Source of the DNA: a virus
Lineage: Duplodnaviria > Caudoviricetes
Virus record (IMG/VR): IMGVR_UViG_3300031555_005762
Span: 9,367 to 73,366 of that record
DNA length: 64,000 nucleotides
Direction: 5' to 3' (one strand)
Shown: positions 18,462 to 28,255 of the stretch, one piece after another
Layout: each line of letters opens with the position of its first letter
Numbering within the stretch: position 1 is the stretch's first letter
The notes under the pieces: generated by a model
Told to the model about the DNA's origin: nothing
The model's database searches: none
What the model saw: only the letters and a program-made list of their open reading frames with translations
Translations under genes and position numbers: made by a program

Positions 18462-18698
18462 TTAATGAACAATGTGTTCTTCTACGTACCAGTCGTAACT
18501 GATGCCTGTATCCGGTACGAAAATGAGCCAGTGGTCTTCGCCTTTTCCGGCGTACAATCCGGGGTAGTTTTCCTTTTCCAGCTCGCTGTAGATATACTCG
18601 AATTGTTCGTCCGCGGCGGCTATGGCTTTTTCGGGGGTATCATACAGGGTGATTGTGGAATCTTCGCCGCAGTCACATCTTACGGAATAGACAGTCAT
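18462..18698 (-). CDS. Hypothetical protein
   Basis: 78 aa in tightly packed run. Confidence 0.65.
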   Translation of the reverse strand: MTVYSVRCDCGEDSTITLYDTPEKAIAAADEQFEYIYSELEKENYPGLYAGKGEDHWLIFVPDTGISYDWYVEEHIVH

Positions 18699-18701
18699 AG
18701 T

Positions 18702-18929
18702 TCACTTCCCTCCCCGCAGGCAGAAAGGCTTGACCACATAGTATACAGGAGATGTGGAGTATTCTTCTTCCATTCTATTCGCATCTTCATTCAGGTCTTT
18801 TGCGATGGAATCTGCCATTTCCTTTTCGGCACAGACGCTGATAAGTTCACTGGTTGTTGGCGTTTCACCATATTCATCCACATAAGACGACAGATCGCGG
18901 ATTTCGATTACGGCATACACTACAGTCAT
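18702..18929 (-). CDS. Hypothetical protein
   Basis: 75 aa, coupled start. Confidence 0.65.
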   Translation of the reverse strand: MTVVYAVIEIRDLSSYVDEYGETPTTSELISVCAEKEMADSIAKDLNEDANRMEEEYSTSPVYYVVKPFCLRGGK

Positions 18930-19135
18930 GCGGGCACCTCCTCGTTCCAGGCGATACAGAAGGGGTAGACTTCCTCGAACAGGTCGGGGTCGGCAGGATC
19001 TTCGATTGTCTTTTCTGCCAGATAGTCCGGACGGCTTCTGCCTTTACTGGCGTACAGGACGCCGCCGTGGGATTTCCGGAAGAATTTTGCTTCTTCAAGG
19101 GTCTGGAAAAACTTTCTTTTATGGGCGATTCTCAT
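18926..19135 (-). CDS. Hypothetical protein
   Basis: 69 aa, ATGA overlaps on both sides. Confidence 0.65.
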   Translation of the reverse strand: MRIAHKRKFFQTLEEAKFFRKSHGGVLYASKGRSRPDYLAEKTIEDPADPDLFEEVYPFCIAWNEEVPA

Positions 19136-19374
19136 GTGGTTTCCTCCTGTTCGTATGTATCTTCCAGAATGTCGGTCAGCAGGATTCCCATATTGGTGAT
19201 CTCTGCCGAGGTGCTTCTATATGTCTTAATGGTGTTCGTGGCGTAGGGTTCTTCGGCTTCGGTTTCCTTTGCCAGTTCCTCAAACATATCGGACAGGAAA
19301 CCGCAGATGTCCTCTACCTCACATTCCAGAAGGACATATTCGCGCAGTTTTTCTTTGATTTTAGCCTTGGTCAT
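19132..19374 (-). CDS. Hypothetical protein
   Basis: GAGGAGG RBS. Confidence 0.65.
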   Translation of the reverse strand: MTKAKIKEKLREYVLLECEVEDICGFLSDMFEELAKETEAEEPYATNTIKTYRSTSAEITNMGILLTDILEDTYEQEETT

Positions 19375-19885
19375 CTTCGATTTCCTCCTCAAGATCCAGC
19401 AGATATTCGTAACCGAAGTATCGGATTTCAGCTTCGGTCAGGCCGTCGTTTTTCAGGCGCTGCAAGTGGTTGCTGCCGGAGATGTTGTTATAGTCTTCTG
19501 CGATACCGGAGAGCAGGTTATTTACAATGCTGAGAAGACGTTTATACGGGATGGGTGCTTTGTCATCGTAGACATCGGGCGGGGCCAGAAAGAAGACACC
19601 TTCGTAGGCCATGTACAGGGTGAGATTTGAGGGGTGAAGATCCTTCATTTCTTCGGCGCAGCACAGGACGGCTTCGATGAAGGCTGCGTTTTCAACAGGG
19701 ATGCCGATATTCTCCTGATACTTATGGATCCGTTCGGTATCGGCCAACAGTTTTTTGACATTGCGGGAACCTTCTTCGAACAGGGTGTACACAGCGCTGC
19801 GGAAAATCATATCACCGGCGCTGGTATATTTGGTGCGGATTTCGTTCAGCCTTTTGGCGGTTTCTTTGTATGTACTGTAGGTCAT
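19361..19885 (-). CDS. Hypothetical protein
   Basis: 174 aa, AAGGAGG RBS. Confidence 0.7.
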   Translation of the reverse strand: MTYSTYKETAKRLNEIRTKYTSAGDMIFRSAVYTLFEEGSRNVKKLLADTERIHKYQENIGIPVENAAFIEAVLCCAEEMKDLHPSNLTLYMAYEGVFFLAPPDVYDDKAPIPYKRLLSIVNNLLSGIAEDYNNISGSNHLQRLKNDGLTEAEIRYFGYEYLLDLEEEIEDDQG

Positions 19886-20157
19886 GCGGACTTTTCCTCC
19901 TTGAAATAGGATTCGATGGACAGGATGATGGCGGTGGTGGGGTTGTACTCCTTCATGTGGATCAGGCGCATGGCGGATTTGGTGACTGCCTTGACTGCTT
20001 TCTGTTTTTCGGGGAACGGCAGGTGCAGGAAGGCGGGGTATTCCTTGATGCGGTCTTCTACGTCATGGAGCATAAACAGAAGCTGCTGTTCTTCGTAGGC
20101 ACGGAACAGTTCCTCTTTGGTGAGGGTGATTCGCTGGTCATTTCTGGTGATTGTCAT
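19882..20157 (-). CDS. Hypothetical protein
   Basis: 91 aa, GGAGG RBS. Confidence 0.7.
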   Translation of the reverse strand: MTITRNDQRITLTKEELFRAYEEQQLLFMLHDVEDRIKEYPAFLHLPFPEKQKAVKAVTKSAMRLIHMKEYNPTTAIILSIESYFKEEKSA

Positions 20158-20602
20158 TTTGTTCCTCCGGGTATTTTTCGTGAACGAGGGAATTCAGGAT
20201 TCCGATCTGTTTTTCGCGGACGGCTTTTACGTAAGCAGCAACGTTGGTTTCAATTTCTTCCAGTGTGCCTACGACGCCTCCGTAGCCGTCGCCTTCAACC
20301 TGAAGACAAACCCATCTTGGATACGGTTTAGGATCGTAAGTTTCATCGGCGCAGTCGCTGTTCAGGTAAAACTTCTGCATGGCTGCCAGTTCTTCGTAAC
20401 TGCGGACATAAAGCCACATATAATCGGAAGAGTCTCCTCCGGCTATAGAACAATAGTGCTCAAAACGAGGGGTATTATATCCAACGGTTCTTTCATATTC
20501 GACACAAGCTTCTTCGGAGTTGAATTCGGTGCCGTCTTCTGCCAAATAGGCATTCACGGATTTGTATGTTGTTACAGGAATGCTTTTCGTAATTCTTCTC
20601 AT
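20138..20602 (-). CDS. Hypothetical protein
   Basis: 154 aa, AAGGAGG RBS. Confidence 0.7.
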   Translation of the reverse strand: MRRITKSIPVTTYKSVNAYLAEDGTEFNSEEACVEYERTVGYNTPRFEHYCSIAGGDSSDYMWLYVRSYEELAAMQKFYLNSDCADETYDPKPYPRWVCLQVEGDGYGGVVGTLEEIETNVAAYVKAVREKQIGILNSLVHEKYPEEQNDNHQK

Positions 20603-20605
20603 AAT

Positions 20606-21223
20606 TTATCCTTCCTTTATGATTTTGAAGTTTTCGGGGATGGTGGCGGAGTAGATTCTGCCGTTTTTGAACCACTTGAGTTTGCCGTTATAGTGGCAGC
20701 GTAGCAGTCGGATTTGTTCTCCGGCTTTGGTGCCGTCTGTGAGGTCGTATTTTGCCGGGAACTCGATGACACTTCCCTCTTTCAGTCTTGCCAGTGTGTT
20801 TTTCCATTTCCGCTTTGCTTCGCAGCGGTTCCGCCAATTTTCAGCGTACTCTGTGGTGGGCGGAGGGAGAAGATCGAGGATCTTTTTGGGGCAGTCACAC
20901 TCGGCAGGGCCCATGGATTCGTCGATGGATTTATGCCAGAAGGTATCTCCGGTGATTCTTGTGAGCTCGACCATACCGAAGACCCGTTTTTCGGTCAGCT
21001 CTGGGTGATCGGTTACGGATACGTGCTGTTCAACGGCCCCGTACCATGTGGCACCGACCATAGAAGAAGCAAGGGGTTTGGAAATGCAGATTTTCGTTTC
21101 CATTTTGCCGTTTACATCGATACAGGTTTTGGATGTGAAATTCCAGATGGCGTCGCATTCGGCTTTGCGGTCGCATTTTCCTTCGGAAGTATAATATGTA
21201 ATGGTGTCGCCGTACCAGCCCAT
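20606..21223 (-). CDS. Conserved hypothetical protein
   Basis: 205 aa; K.IDESMGP.E.DCPKKILDLL motif seen in Firmicute mobile elements. Confidence 0.75.
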   Translation of the reverse strand: MGWYGDTITYYTSEGKCDRKAECDAIWNFTSKTCIDVNGKMETKICISKPLASSMVGATWYGAVEQHVSVTDHPELTEKRVFGMVELTRITGDTFWHKSIDESMGPAECDCPKKILDLLPPPTTEYAENWRNRCEAKRKWKNTLARLKEGSVIEFPAKYDLTDGTKAGEQIRLLRCHYNGKLKWFKNGRIYSATIPENFKIIKEG

Positions 21224-21243
21224 ATGGGTTCCTCCTTTTGTTG

Positions 21244-21485
21244 TTAAAGTTTAATCCACCAGTCCGGGGCAATATACCAGGTGTTATCCTGCTTATCTCT
21301 GGCAAGGCCGATCCCTTTGAAGAAATCGGCGCTGTCCAGAGTCAGAACCTGATTGTTGCCGTTTTCAGATGGATCCGAAAGGGTTCGGATTCGTAATCTA
21401 TCACCTTGGTTGTATAGGTGCCGTCTGTGATATAGACGATTTCGCCGCGCTGCAGGGCTTCTTCCAATATTTGTAGCCAGTACAT
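21244..21485 (-). pseudogene. Small gene apparently split by a 1-nt frameshift
   Basis: MYWLQ...RIHL in one frame continues as ENGNNQ...WIKL* in the -1 frame; span 242 nt. Confidence 0.5.
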
Positions 21486-21494
21486 ACGCTCACC

Positions 21495-21743
21495 TCAATC
21501 CGGGACACACTGGATGTACAGATTCACAAAGTTGGCAGCGGCGTAGTTCTTTTCTGCGGCGTGGAATTTGCAATCCGGGATATCTTCGATGATTTCCCAG
21601 TCAAGGTCTTTTGCCAGAGCCTTTTCGGTTTCAAGAGCTTCACGATAGGTATCGATGGCTTCCGGCATGGTATGTTTTACAGCCAGAATGTCGGTGGCTC
21701 CGGCACATTCTTCGGCCCATTCCATGATGATCAGGTAATGCAT
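21495..21743 (-). CDS. Hypothetical protein
   Basis: 82 aa, AAGGAGG RBS. Confidence 0.7.
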   Translation of the reverse strand: MHYLIIMEWAEECAGATDILAVKHTMPEAIDTYREALETEKALAKDLDWEIIEDIPDCKFHAAEKNYAAANFVNLYIQCVPD

Positions 21744-21754
21744 TCAGTCCTCCT

Positions 21755-22024
21755 TTAAGGGATATAATCGAATTCTGCGGGGCCTCCGGAATCCTGTACA
21801 TATTGTATACAGGATTCTACGGTAAACTCCGTTCCGTATTCCGGCCACTGCTCAAAGGTATCCGGGGAATCGAAATAGGACAGGATCATCGAAACAAGAT
21901 GCTCGATAGATGTTTTGGGTGTATATCCGATTTCAGTGATCCAGTCTGCTATGCGGTCACAGTCACATTTTTTCTGTTCGGCGGTATCTGGAATATATGT
22001 CCATCTGCCATAGGTATCGACCAT
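21755..22024 (-). CDS. Hypothetical protein
   Basis: 89 aa, GGAGG RBS. Confidence 0.7.
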   Translation of the reverse strand: MVDTYGRWTYIPDTAEQKKCDCDRIADWITEIGYTPKTSIEHLVSMILSYFDSPDTFEQWPEYGTEFTVESCIQYVQDSGGPAEFDYIP

Positions 22025-22026
22025 AG

Positions 22027-22851
22027 TTAGTCCTCCGTTTCGATTTTGTCTGCCATAACGGCGTAGCGGCGGTAGTCCTGTCCGCAGCCCCAGCTGATCT
22101 GGTTATAATATTCGTGTTCTGCGGTTTCGTCATTCTGGTCGTAGGAGGATTCCATGAGGCTGCCGTACAGGGGGTATCTGGTGGTTGCGCCGGGGTTGAA
22201 GCGGGCGAGTTCTTCCTTCATGTCGATCCGGAAATTTTCCATATAGGTTCTGGCTTCCCGTTCGGCTTCTTCGGCGGTTCTGCAGATCTGGCGGATGCGG
22301 TAGATATATTCGTGGGTATCGGCGTTTTCGTACAAGGTGGATACGGTGTACAGCGTTTTGGGGATGGCGGTCGGCTTGGGTTCGGGAGTAATGAATTTTT
22401 CAAAATCCCGATATACATTTTCTTCGAACATTTTGATCAGGTCATTCTTAATCTCCCGTTTTTCGTATGGGATCATCAAAATGATCTCATGGCCGAAAGC
22501 GTCTGTGTCCTTACCGTACAGAATCTCACAGCCGGGACAGGTTAAAGTTTCGGCGTAGTTTCTCAGGTTGTTTTCCCGTTCCGGCTCGATTATATCCGGC
22601 ATCACATCTTCCAGATAGTTGTAATCGAACAGAGCGACGTATGCGGTATAAGCTTTGTAGTTCCAGGAAACGACATATTCGGGTCTGTCATTACGCTTTG
22701 CCATGTACAATTCCTGTTCCCGGAGAGGCATAACGGTAATATCCTGAGCAGGGTTATAACTGTCTACGGCGTATGGATTGATGAGTTCACCCTCCGCATT
22801 ACACCAGTATTGAAACGACTGATTTTCGTAGATTTCATTCAGGTCTTTCAT
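22027..22851 (-). CDS. Hypothetical protein, paralog of 23404-24240
   Basis: Shared Y.CN..GEL..PY and L.IPY..R motifs. Confidence 0.7.
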   Translation of the reverse strand: MKDLNEIYENQSFQYWCNAEGELINPYAVDSYNPAQDITVMPLREQELYMAKRNDRPEYVVSWNYKAYTAYVALFDYNYLEDVMPDIIEPERENNLRNYAETLTCPGCEILYGKDTDAFGHEIILMIPYEKREIKNDLIKMFEENVYRDFEKFITPEPKPTAIPKTLYTVSTLYENADTHEYIYRIRQICRTAEEAEREARTYMENFRIDMKEELARFNPGATTRYPLYGSLMESSYDQNDETAEHEYYNQISWGCGQDYRRYAVMADKIETED

Positions 22852-23389
22852 CCTGTACCTCCTTGATATAATCATAGATGGCGTCCTCGATGGTGCGCCA
22901 GTATGCGTCGTTGTAGGTGAAGTCTCCGGACTGGCGGGTTTCTGCCAGATCCAGGATTTCGTAGAAGTCGGGGCCTATATCTTCTGGGATTTCGCCGTCG
23001 GCGGTCATTTCTTCCCATTTCTGCTCCACATCGGACTTCATGCCTTCTTTCAGGAATTCGGTTTTCAGATTGTATGCTTCGAGGTCGGTCAGTTCGATGA
23101 TTCTGGTGCCGAGGTCGTATTTGGTACTGGGGATGACTTCGGCGATTTTACGGAATCGGATGTATTCTCCCAGTTCACTTTGAGACCATCCGTCGTAGCC
23201 GTACAGATATTTCGTATCGGTATACAGAGGGACGATACCAAGCTGTTCTATCATCAACTCCCAATCCCGGATATCTGTAACGGATACAGAGATAAATCCG
23301 GATTCCTGCAGGATGGTTTTATAGGATCCATGGTTCTTTTGTATGTATACATGAGTGATTCCGGGATTTTTATATAATTCGATTACCAT
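22835..23389 (-). CDS. Hypothetical protein
   Basis: 184 aa, AAGGAGG RBS. Confidence 0.7.
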   Translation of the reverse strand: MVIELYKNPGITHVYIQKNHGSYKTILQESGFISVSVTDIRDWELMIEQLGIVPLYTDTKYLYGYDGWSQSELGEYIRFRKIAEVIPSTKYDLGTRIIELTDLEAYNLKTEFLKEGMKSDVEQKWEEMTADGEIPEDIGPDFYEILDLAETRQSGDFTYNDAYWRTIEDAIYDYIKEVQDERPE

Positions 23390-23403
23390 GCGGGTTCCTC
23401 CTT

Positions 23404-24240
23404 TTACAGGTGATTTGTCAGCTTGGACAGAAATTTTGCGACGTCGAGGATAACATCTTCGTCAATGAGATAAGTGGTGCAGTAATATTCTCTGCCCAGG
23501 CACAGAACGGTTTTTGGGAATGTGGTATCACTGAAAACTACATCCGGAAGCTCGGCATAGTCCCCATCAAATTTTGTGTCCAGAACTTCCTTCTGGTACC
23601 ATTCTGCCTGTTCTCTGTTTTGGAAGGTGACCAGTTTAGAGAAATCCGGTTCGGTGTCCCAACTCACATAAGGAACATAGATATCTGTTTCCTCCGGAGG
23701 AGTGATTTTCGACTTACCGAATTTGTCTGTGAATTCTTCCCCGAATGATTTATCTGCCACCTTTATCAGATTGGCCCACTCATGGATCTTGCCACGATTT
23801 TTATACGGGATCAGCAGAAGGAATTCCGCTTTATCAGTCATGTCGGATCTACTCATTGACCAGAAGTCCAGATAACATTCAGCGTCGGGCCCGAGCAGAA
23901 TTTCCAGATTGGTGAAGAAATCGATCATCCATTTCTGCCAGTCTTCCGGGATATTTCTGACGCTGTAATCCACTTCGCCAGACAGCAGTTCATGCAGACA
24001 GTCGCCGTCGTATTCCATGGCCAGAATCATATAAGCCATGCCGTCTCTGGTTGCCACATAGGCATACGTAGGCTGGTCGAGGTATGCTTCGTACAGATCC
24101 CGTTCTGCCGGAGAAAGGAATGACGGGTCGTCGTAGTTCGTCGGGTTATAGGGGTCGGCCAGTTCGCCGCCGCTGTTGCAGCGATAGGTAAGGTTGTCGA
24201 GGTGGGTTTTGTAGTCCTGTTCGGTATAGATAACTTTCAT
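23404..24240 (-). CDS. Hypothetical protein, paralog of 22027-22851
   Basis: AAGGAGGAACCAAATG start; shared motifs. Confidence 0.7.
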   Translation of the reverse strand: MKVIYTEQDYKTHLDNLTYRCNSGGELADPYNPTNYDDPSFLSPAERDLYEAYLDQPTYAYVATRDGMAYMILAMEYDGDCLHELLSGEVDYSVRNIPEDWQKWMIDFFTNLEILLGPDAECYLDFWSMSRSDMTDKAEFLLLIPYKNRGKIHEWANLIKVADKSFGEEFTDKFGKSKITPPEETDIYVPYVSWDTEPDFSKLVTFQNREQAEWYQKEVLDTKFDGDYAELPDVVFSDTTFPKTVLCLGREYYCTTYLIDEDVILDVAKFLSKLTNHL

Positions 24241-24251
24241 TTGGTTCCTCC

Positions 24252-24719
24252 TTAACCATAAATTCTGTTTTCGACCGGCAGATCCCAGCACTCTATAAAG
24301 ATTTCTTCGTCGCCAGGACCCATACAGCAATCAGTAACCAGATCCTCTCCGTCGTACACCCAATACCACATTCCGACGCCGGAAAAATCATGGTTTTCGT
24401 CGAGATCGTTCATGCGCTTCTGCCAGTCCTTCAGGAATTCTTCCGGGGAGTCATACGTACAGAAAGTGTGTACAGTTGTGTCCATCAGATCGTATGTAAA
24501 ATTCACATACCGGTCAATCTCATTACCATTGGAGTCGAATTCTTCATCGGGAGGATCTGTGATTGCCATGATGATCCTGCCTTTCGGCACATCGATATCG
24601 AATGAGCCACCGCATTCTGGACAGGATACATGCCAGCCGAGTTCATCAATAGAAACCCACTTGCTGTAGAATTGGTGTTCGCAGTGGGGACAGATGAAGT
24701 TTTTATCGAGAGTTTTCAT
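24252..24719 (-). CDS. Zinc-ribbon protein
   Basis: CPHC...CPEC; AAGGAGG RBS. Confidence 0.7.
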   Translation of the reverse strand: MKTLDKNFICPHCEHQFYSKWVSIDELGWHVSCPECGGSFDIDVPKGRIIMAITDPPDEEFDSNGNEIDRYVNFTYDLMDTTVHTFCTYDSPEEFLKDWQKRMNDLDENHDFSGVGMWYWVYDGEDLVTDCCMGPGDEEIFIECWDLPVENRIYG

Positions 24720-24741
24720 TTGGTTCCTCCTTTTGATTAGA

Positions 24742-25389
24742 TTACCACGGGAATTCATCTTTGTTTTCGTTCTGTCTGTGCTCCGCCAGCTTCTGCTCGA
24801 ATTCTTCTTCGTTCAGGAGCCACCAGTCTTCATGCCGCCAGAAGCTGAGGTACATTTCGTCAAAGCGATCCCCGATGCCCTGCTGTTCGAAGCTCTCGCC
24901 CCAACCGTCGGAGAGCTGACCGGTTATGTAGTCTTTTAGCTCGGATTCTTCTTCCGGGGTCAGGGGATCTATGAGAGAGACGGTGATAGCACCATAGAGA
25001 CCGACGTTCAGACAATATTTTACGCCGATATTAATGTAGTAGATTTTTCGCAAGGTCTGAAAAGGAGCATCAAAGTATTCTGTGAGATCACAGGGAGCAT
25101 TGTGCTTGTACAGCTCGATGCCCTTTTGTATATCATAAACATGTTTGGAAATTTCCCACGGGTCGATGATTTTTGCTCCATTCCGGCGCAAGGTAAGCGG
25201 GCAATAGAAGGTTTGGAAAATCATATCTTCTGTGGAAATATTGTCATATCCGGCGTTCCTGATGCTGTCTGCGAGGGTATTCATGTAGGAAAACATATCA
25301 TTTTCGGAAACACGGCATTCGAACGCATCCGGAGCATTATCGAGAATTTCAAGCAGTTCATTGTACAGGTGTTCAATGCGTCTTAACAT
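24742..25389 (-). CDS. Conserved Firmicute mobile-element hypothetical protein
   Basis: L.DYITGQLSDGWGESFEQ motif. Confidence 0.75.
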   Translation of the reverse strand: MLRRIEHLYNELLEILDNAPDAFECRVSENDMFSYMNTLADSIRNAGYDNISTEDMIFQTFYCPLTLRRNGAKIIDPWEISKHVYDIQKGIELYKHNAPCDLTEYFDAPFQTLRKIYYINIGVKYCLNVGLYGAITVSLIDPLTPEEESELKDYITGQLSDGWGESFEQQGIGDRFDEMYLSFWRHEDWWLLNEEEFEQKLAEHRQNENKDEFPW

Positions 25390-25598
25390 TTGGTTCCTCC
25401 TGAAATTTTATAATATGTATCGGCGTCTACGTGGTACAGGTACTTGCCGGCCTGAACGCACAGAACTTCTTTTGCGCCGTAAATCCCGCCGCCCCAGATG
25501 CGTTTCATACCGGCTACATTGGGATAGGGGCCGGCGTTGGGAAAACGGGAAAGGTTCAGACGTTCGGCTTCTTCTCTGGATATACGAAGGGTTTTCAT
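25383..25598 (-). CDS. Hypothetical protein
   Basis: 71 aa, coupled. Confidence 0.65.
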   Translation of the reverse strand: MKTLRISREEAERLNLSRFPNAGPYPNVAGMKRIWGGGIYGAKEVLCVQAGKYLYHVDADTYYKISGGTKC

Positions 25599-25888
25599 TT
25601 CTTACCTCTCAGATTCGTGATATGGTCGGGATATACTGCCATGAGTTCGCCCTTCGTAAAGAACCATGTATCCTTGTGTGTAAGCTGCTCTGTTACCCGG
25701 ATCTGGGTGTACAGAATACTGTGGGGAGACCATGGAAATTTTGTGAGGGTTCCTTTTACAGTAATCTTATCACCGTCAGAGCATTCTATAAATACAGTTA
25801 CTTCTGCTCCTGGTATCATATCTTCGATACGGATACCGTAACTGTTTCTGCCTCCATTTCTGTCAAAATCTGCTTTATAATACAACAT
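25595..25888 (-). CDS. Hypothetical protein
   Basis: 97 aa, AT-richer, coupled. Confidence 0.6.
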   Translation of the reverse strand: MLYYKADFDRNGGRNSYGIRIEDMIPGAEVTVFIECSDGDKITVKGTLTKFPWSPHSILYTQIRVTEQLTHKDTWFFTKGELMAVYPDHITNLRGKK

Positions 25889-25891
25889 AAT

Positions 25892-26509
25892 TCAATGCTG
25901 ATGAAACCATACGGCTTCTCCCTTCTTCAGTTTCCAGCAGCTTGCGTCTGTTCTGACACAGTCTCCGCAGTGGCCGCTGCATTCTCTGGCGTGGGCTGGG
26001 ATATTGCTTGGGGTTTCGTCCGACTTGAACTTCACCCAGCTTTCGGGGAAGTTATGGGGATTCGGGCATGGAAAATCCCCCCATCTGGAATATACAATCC
26101 GCAGATTGGAGGGAATGATGTGTTTTTCGGCTATGTAGTTGTTGATCATCTCATACTTCTTAGTAAAACATAAGAAGCTTGTCTCTCTGTGGGCTCTGGC
26201 GAGCCGGCACATTCTCCGCAGGAAATCTTCGTCCGGGATGTCGCCGGAGCTGAACCATCGGAAGAATCTATAGGGGATATCCTTCAGGTACAGGTCGATT
26301 TCCGTGAAGAAGCGGTCGGGGTCGGCGTTCCAGAGGTCGAGATTCCGCTGCAGGCAGTCCTTGACGTTTCTGAAGACGAAGCGGCCGTGGGTGGCGTAGC
26401 AGAGCTTCTTACAGGGGGCGTCTTCCCGGCAGGTCTGGATGGGCGGCAGGTTTACGGCGGGGATTCTGTCGCCGAGTTTGGAAATGCCGTTGGTTATATG
26501 CACTGGCAC
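25892..26509 (-). CDS. Gp88-like protein (radical-SAM-like cysteine cluster)
   Basis: LPPIQTC..APCKKLCYA..G, FFRWFSSGDIPD, CFTK. Confidence 0.7.
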   Translation of the reverse strand: MPVHITNGISKLGDRIPAVNLPPIQTCREDAPCKKLCYATHGRFVFRNVKDCLQRNLDLWNADPDRFFTEIDLYLKDIPYRFFRWFSSGDIPDEDFLRRMCRLARAHRETSFLCFTKKYEMINNYIAEKHIIPSNLRIVYSRWGDFPCPNPHNFPESWVKFKSDETPSNIPAHARECSGHCGDCVRTDASCWKLKKGEAVWFHQH

Positions 26510-26546
26510 TTTTGTTCCCTCCAATCTATTTGGTTGTGAATGAGCT

Positions 26547-26771
26547 TTAGGGTTCTATGACTTCGTAATTCAGAATTTTTCCTTTAATGAATTTGTTTTG
26601 GAATTCTTCGACCATTTTCGACTCGAACTCCGCTTCTGTCATACGAAGAACAGCGAAATCAATCTGGAGATCTAAGTTTAAGTATGGCCTGCACAAATAG
26701 GCTGCGTGAACATCATAGATTTTTTCAACGTCCGGTTCTGCCCACCATATATATTTGATTTTCATAGGCAC
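26547..26771 (-). CDS. Hypothetical protein
   Basis: 74 aa, GAGG RBS. Confidence 0.6.
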   Translation of the reverse strand: MPMKIKYIWWAEPDVEKIYDVHAAYLCRPYLNLDLQIDFAVLRMTEAEFESKMVEEFQNKFIKGKILNYEVIEP

Positions 26772-26772
26772 C

Positions 26773-27708
26773 TCACAGACCTACCCTTTCCATGACCTTC
26801 TGAGTGAAGGTATCCAGAACCGGGTGGCCGTCCATCAGTTTGCCCCAGTTGTTTTCCCGGTAGTTTGCAGTCTGGCGTTTGGGAGCGTTATGGGTGACCA
26901 TATCGGACATGGCGTTGATGGCACCCCATGCGGTTCCCACGAACTTGGCGATATCCGGGGCGAAGTAGCAGACCATGTACTCGTCCTTGGTGCGCTTTAC
27001 GGTTTCCTTGCGGCGGTCGGAGTCGTCTTCCTGTACCGGCCACATTTCGTTCAGGATTTCATCGAGGGTTTGTCTTGTGATTGCGGCGTTGGCAAGGTCG
27101 TCGGCTTTCTTATCGAGGTTGTACATATACTCTTCGCTGAAGGCCAGAACTTCTCTTGCTTCCTGCATTTTCTCGTTCAGGTCGCCGACGTGTTTGGTTG
27201 CCCAGTGGCGCTTGGCTTCACGGAGAGCGATGGTCAGGGTGTTATTGCAGACCACACGGATGGGGGTTACACAGGCTCTGATGGCTCCGGAACCGTCGTG
27301 GGTATTGGTGAAACAGAGGTAGGGATCTACCTCGTCACCAGCTACCTTTGTCTGGGGGAGCTTGGCAAGGAGCCAGACGGTTTTTCCGTCTCTCAGGCTG
27401 CCTGCGGTTTCGTATCTGACATCTCCGCCAATGAGGTTATCTGTAAAACTAAATGCTTCTGTGTTCTGGCAGATTCTGTAGCGGTCGGTGACTATTCCCA
27501 GAACGTTGTTGTCTTTGGACCTGGTATTGGCTTTCCAGCCAGGGATTTCGATTCCGGCTTCGGTGTAGATGGGTTCGGAGGTTACCTCCCAGTCCAGACC
27601 AGCGAGACGGAGGGCTTCGGCGCTGGTGGGGGCGGTTTCGACTCTTGTTCCAAAACCGTACCACGGAACTTCTCTTACGTACATTACGCTTTCAACCATG
27701 TGTGCCAT
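26773..27708 (-). CDS. DUF932 (phage/plasmid TIGR03299-like) protein
   Basis: MAH.VESVMYVREVPW.G.G, AGLDWEV, YETAGSL..GK.VWLLAKLP, TPIRVVCNNTL. Confidence 0.9.
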   Translation of the reverse strand: MAHMVESVMYVREVPWYGFGTRVETAPTSAEALRLAGLDWEVTSEPIYTEAGIEIPGWKANTRSKDNNVLGIVTDRYRICQNTEAFSFTDNLIGGDVRYETAGSLRDGKTVWLLAKLPQTKVAGDEVDPYLCFTNTHDGSGAIRACVTPIRVVCNNTLTIALREAKRHWATKHVGDLNEKMQEAREVLAFSEEYMYNLDKKADDLANAAITRQTLDEILNEMWPVQEDDSDRRKETVKRTKDEYMVCYFAPDIAKFVGTAWGAINAMSDMVTHNAPKRQTANYRENNWGKLMDGHPVLDTFTQKVMERVGL

Positions 27709-27723
27709 ATTGTTATCTCCTTT

Positions 27724-28233
27724 TTATTTAACATGTTTCCATCGTTCTCTTTTCACGATGCGTCTGATATTGTTGGGTGTGTCATCGAACATTTTTGCAA
27801 GCTGCGAGACGGTATAAATCTTATAGTCATACATATCCCGGATAAAATGTATATCATAATTCTCATGTTTGGCGTTATAATTATTTTCGCCGACATTCCT
27901 TTTAAGAACTTCAGAAGCATGCTTGGCTTGTTCTTTGAATGTAGCCCATTCAAGATTCGCTACGGAATTATCTCTTCGGTCTCCGCTGATATGATTGACT
28001 GTTTTCTTTCCTTCCGGATTTGGTATGAATGTTTCGGCAACGGCTTTATGTACTCGCATCCATCCGTGATAGTGTTGTCCGTCATGGACATAGTCGTATC
28101 CGAACTTCAGATAATGACCGTCGTATGATTGTGCCTTGATATGCCCATTCTTTGCATTCCGAATTCTTCCGAGGGTGCTTGCCTCGTATCTACCATGCAG
28201 GCTCTCAATGGGCTTCCACAATTCTTCTGTCAA
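27724..28233 (-). CDS. Free-standing NUMOD4-HNH homing endonuclease
   Basis: WKPI...YEASTLGRIR (NUMOD4); VHKAVAETFI..VNHISGDRRDNSVANLEW (HNH); AT-rich. Confidence 0.9.
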   Translation of the reverse strand: MTEELWKPIESLHGRYEASTLGRIRNAKNGHIKAQSYDGHYLKFGYDYVHDGQHYHGWMRVHKAVAETFIPNPEGKKTVNHISGDRRDNSVANLEWATFKEQAKHASEVLKRNVGENNYNAKHENYDIHFIRDMYDYKIYTVSQLAKMFDDTPNNIRRIVKRERWKHVK

Positions 28234-28255
28234 TTTTCAGGTTCTCCTTTATGTA

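Noticed and set aside
21225-25400. Repeated AAGGAGGAACCAAATG before several genes as a mobile repeat
   Set aside because: Adequately explained as a preferred strong RBS plus spacer
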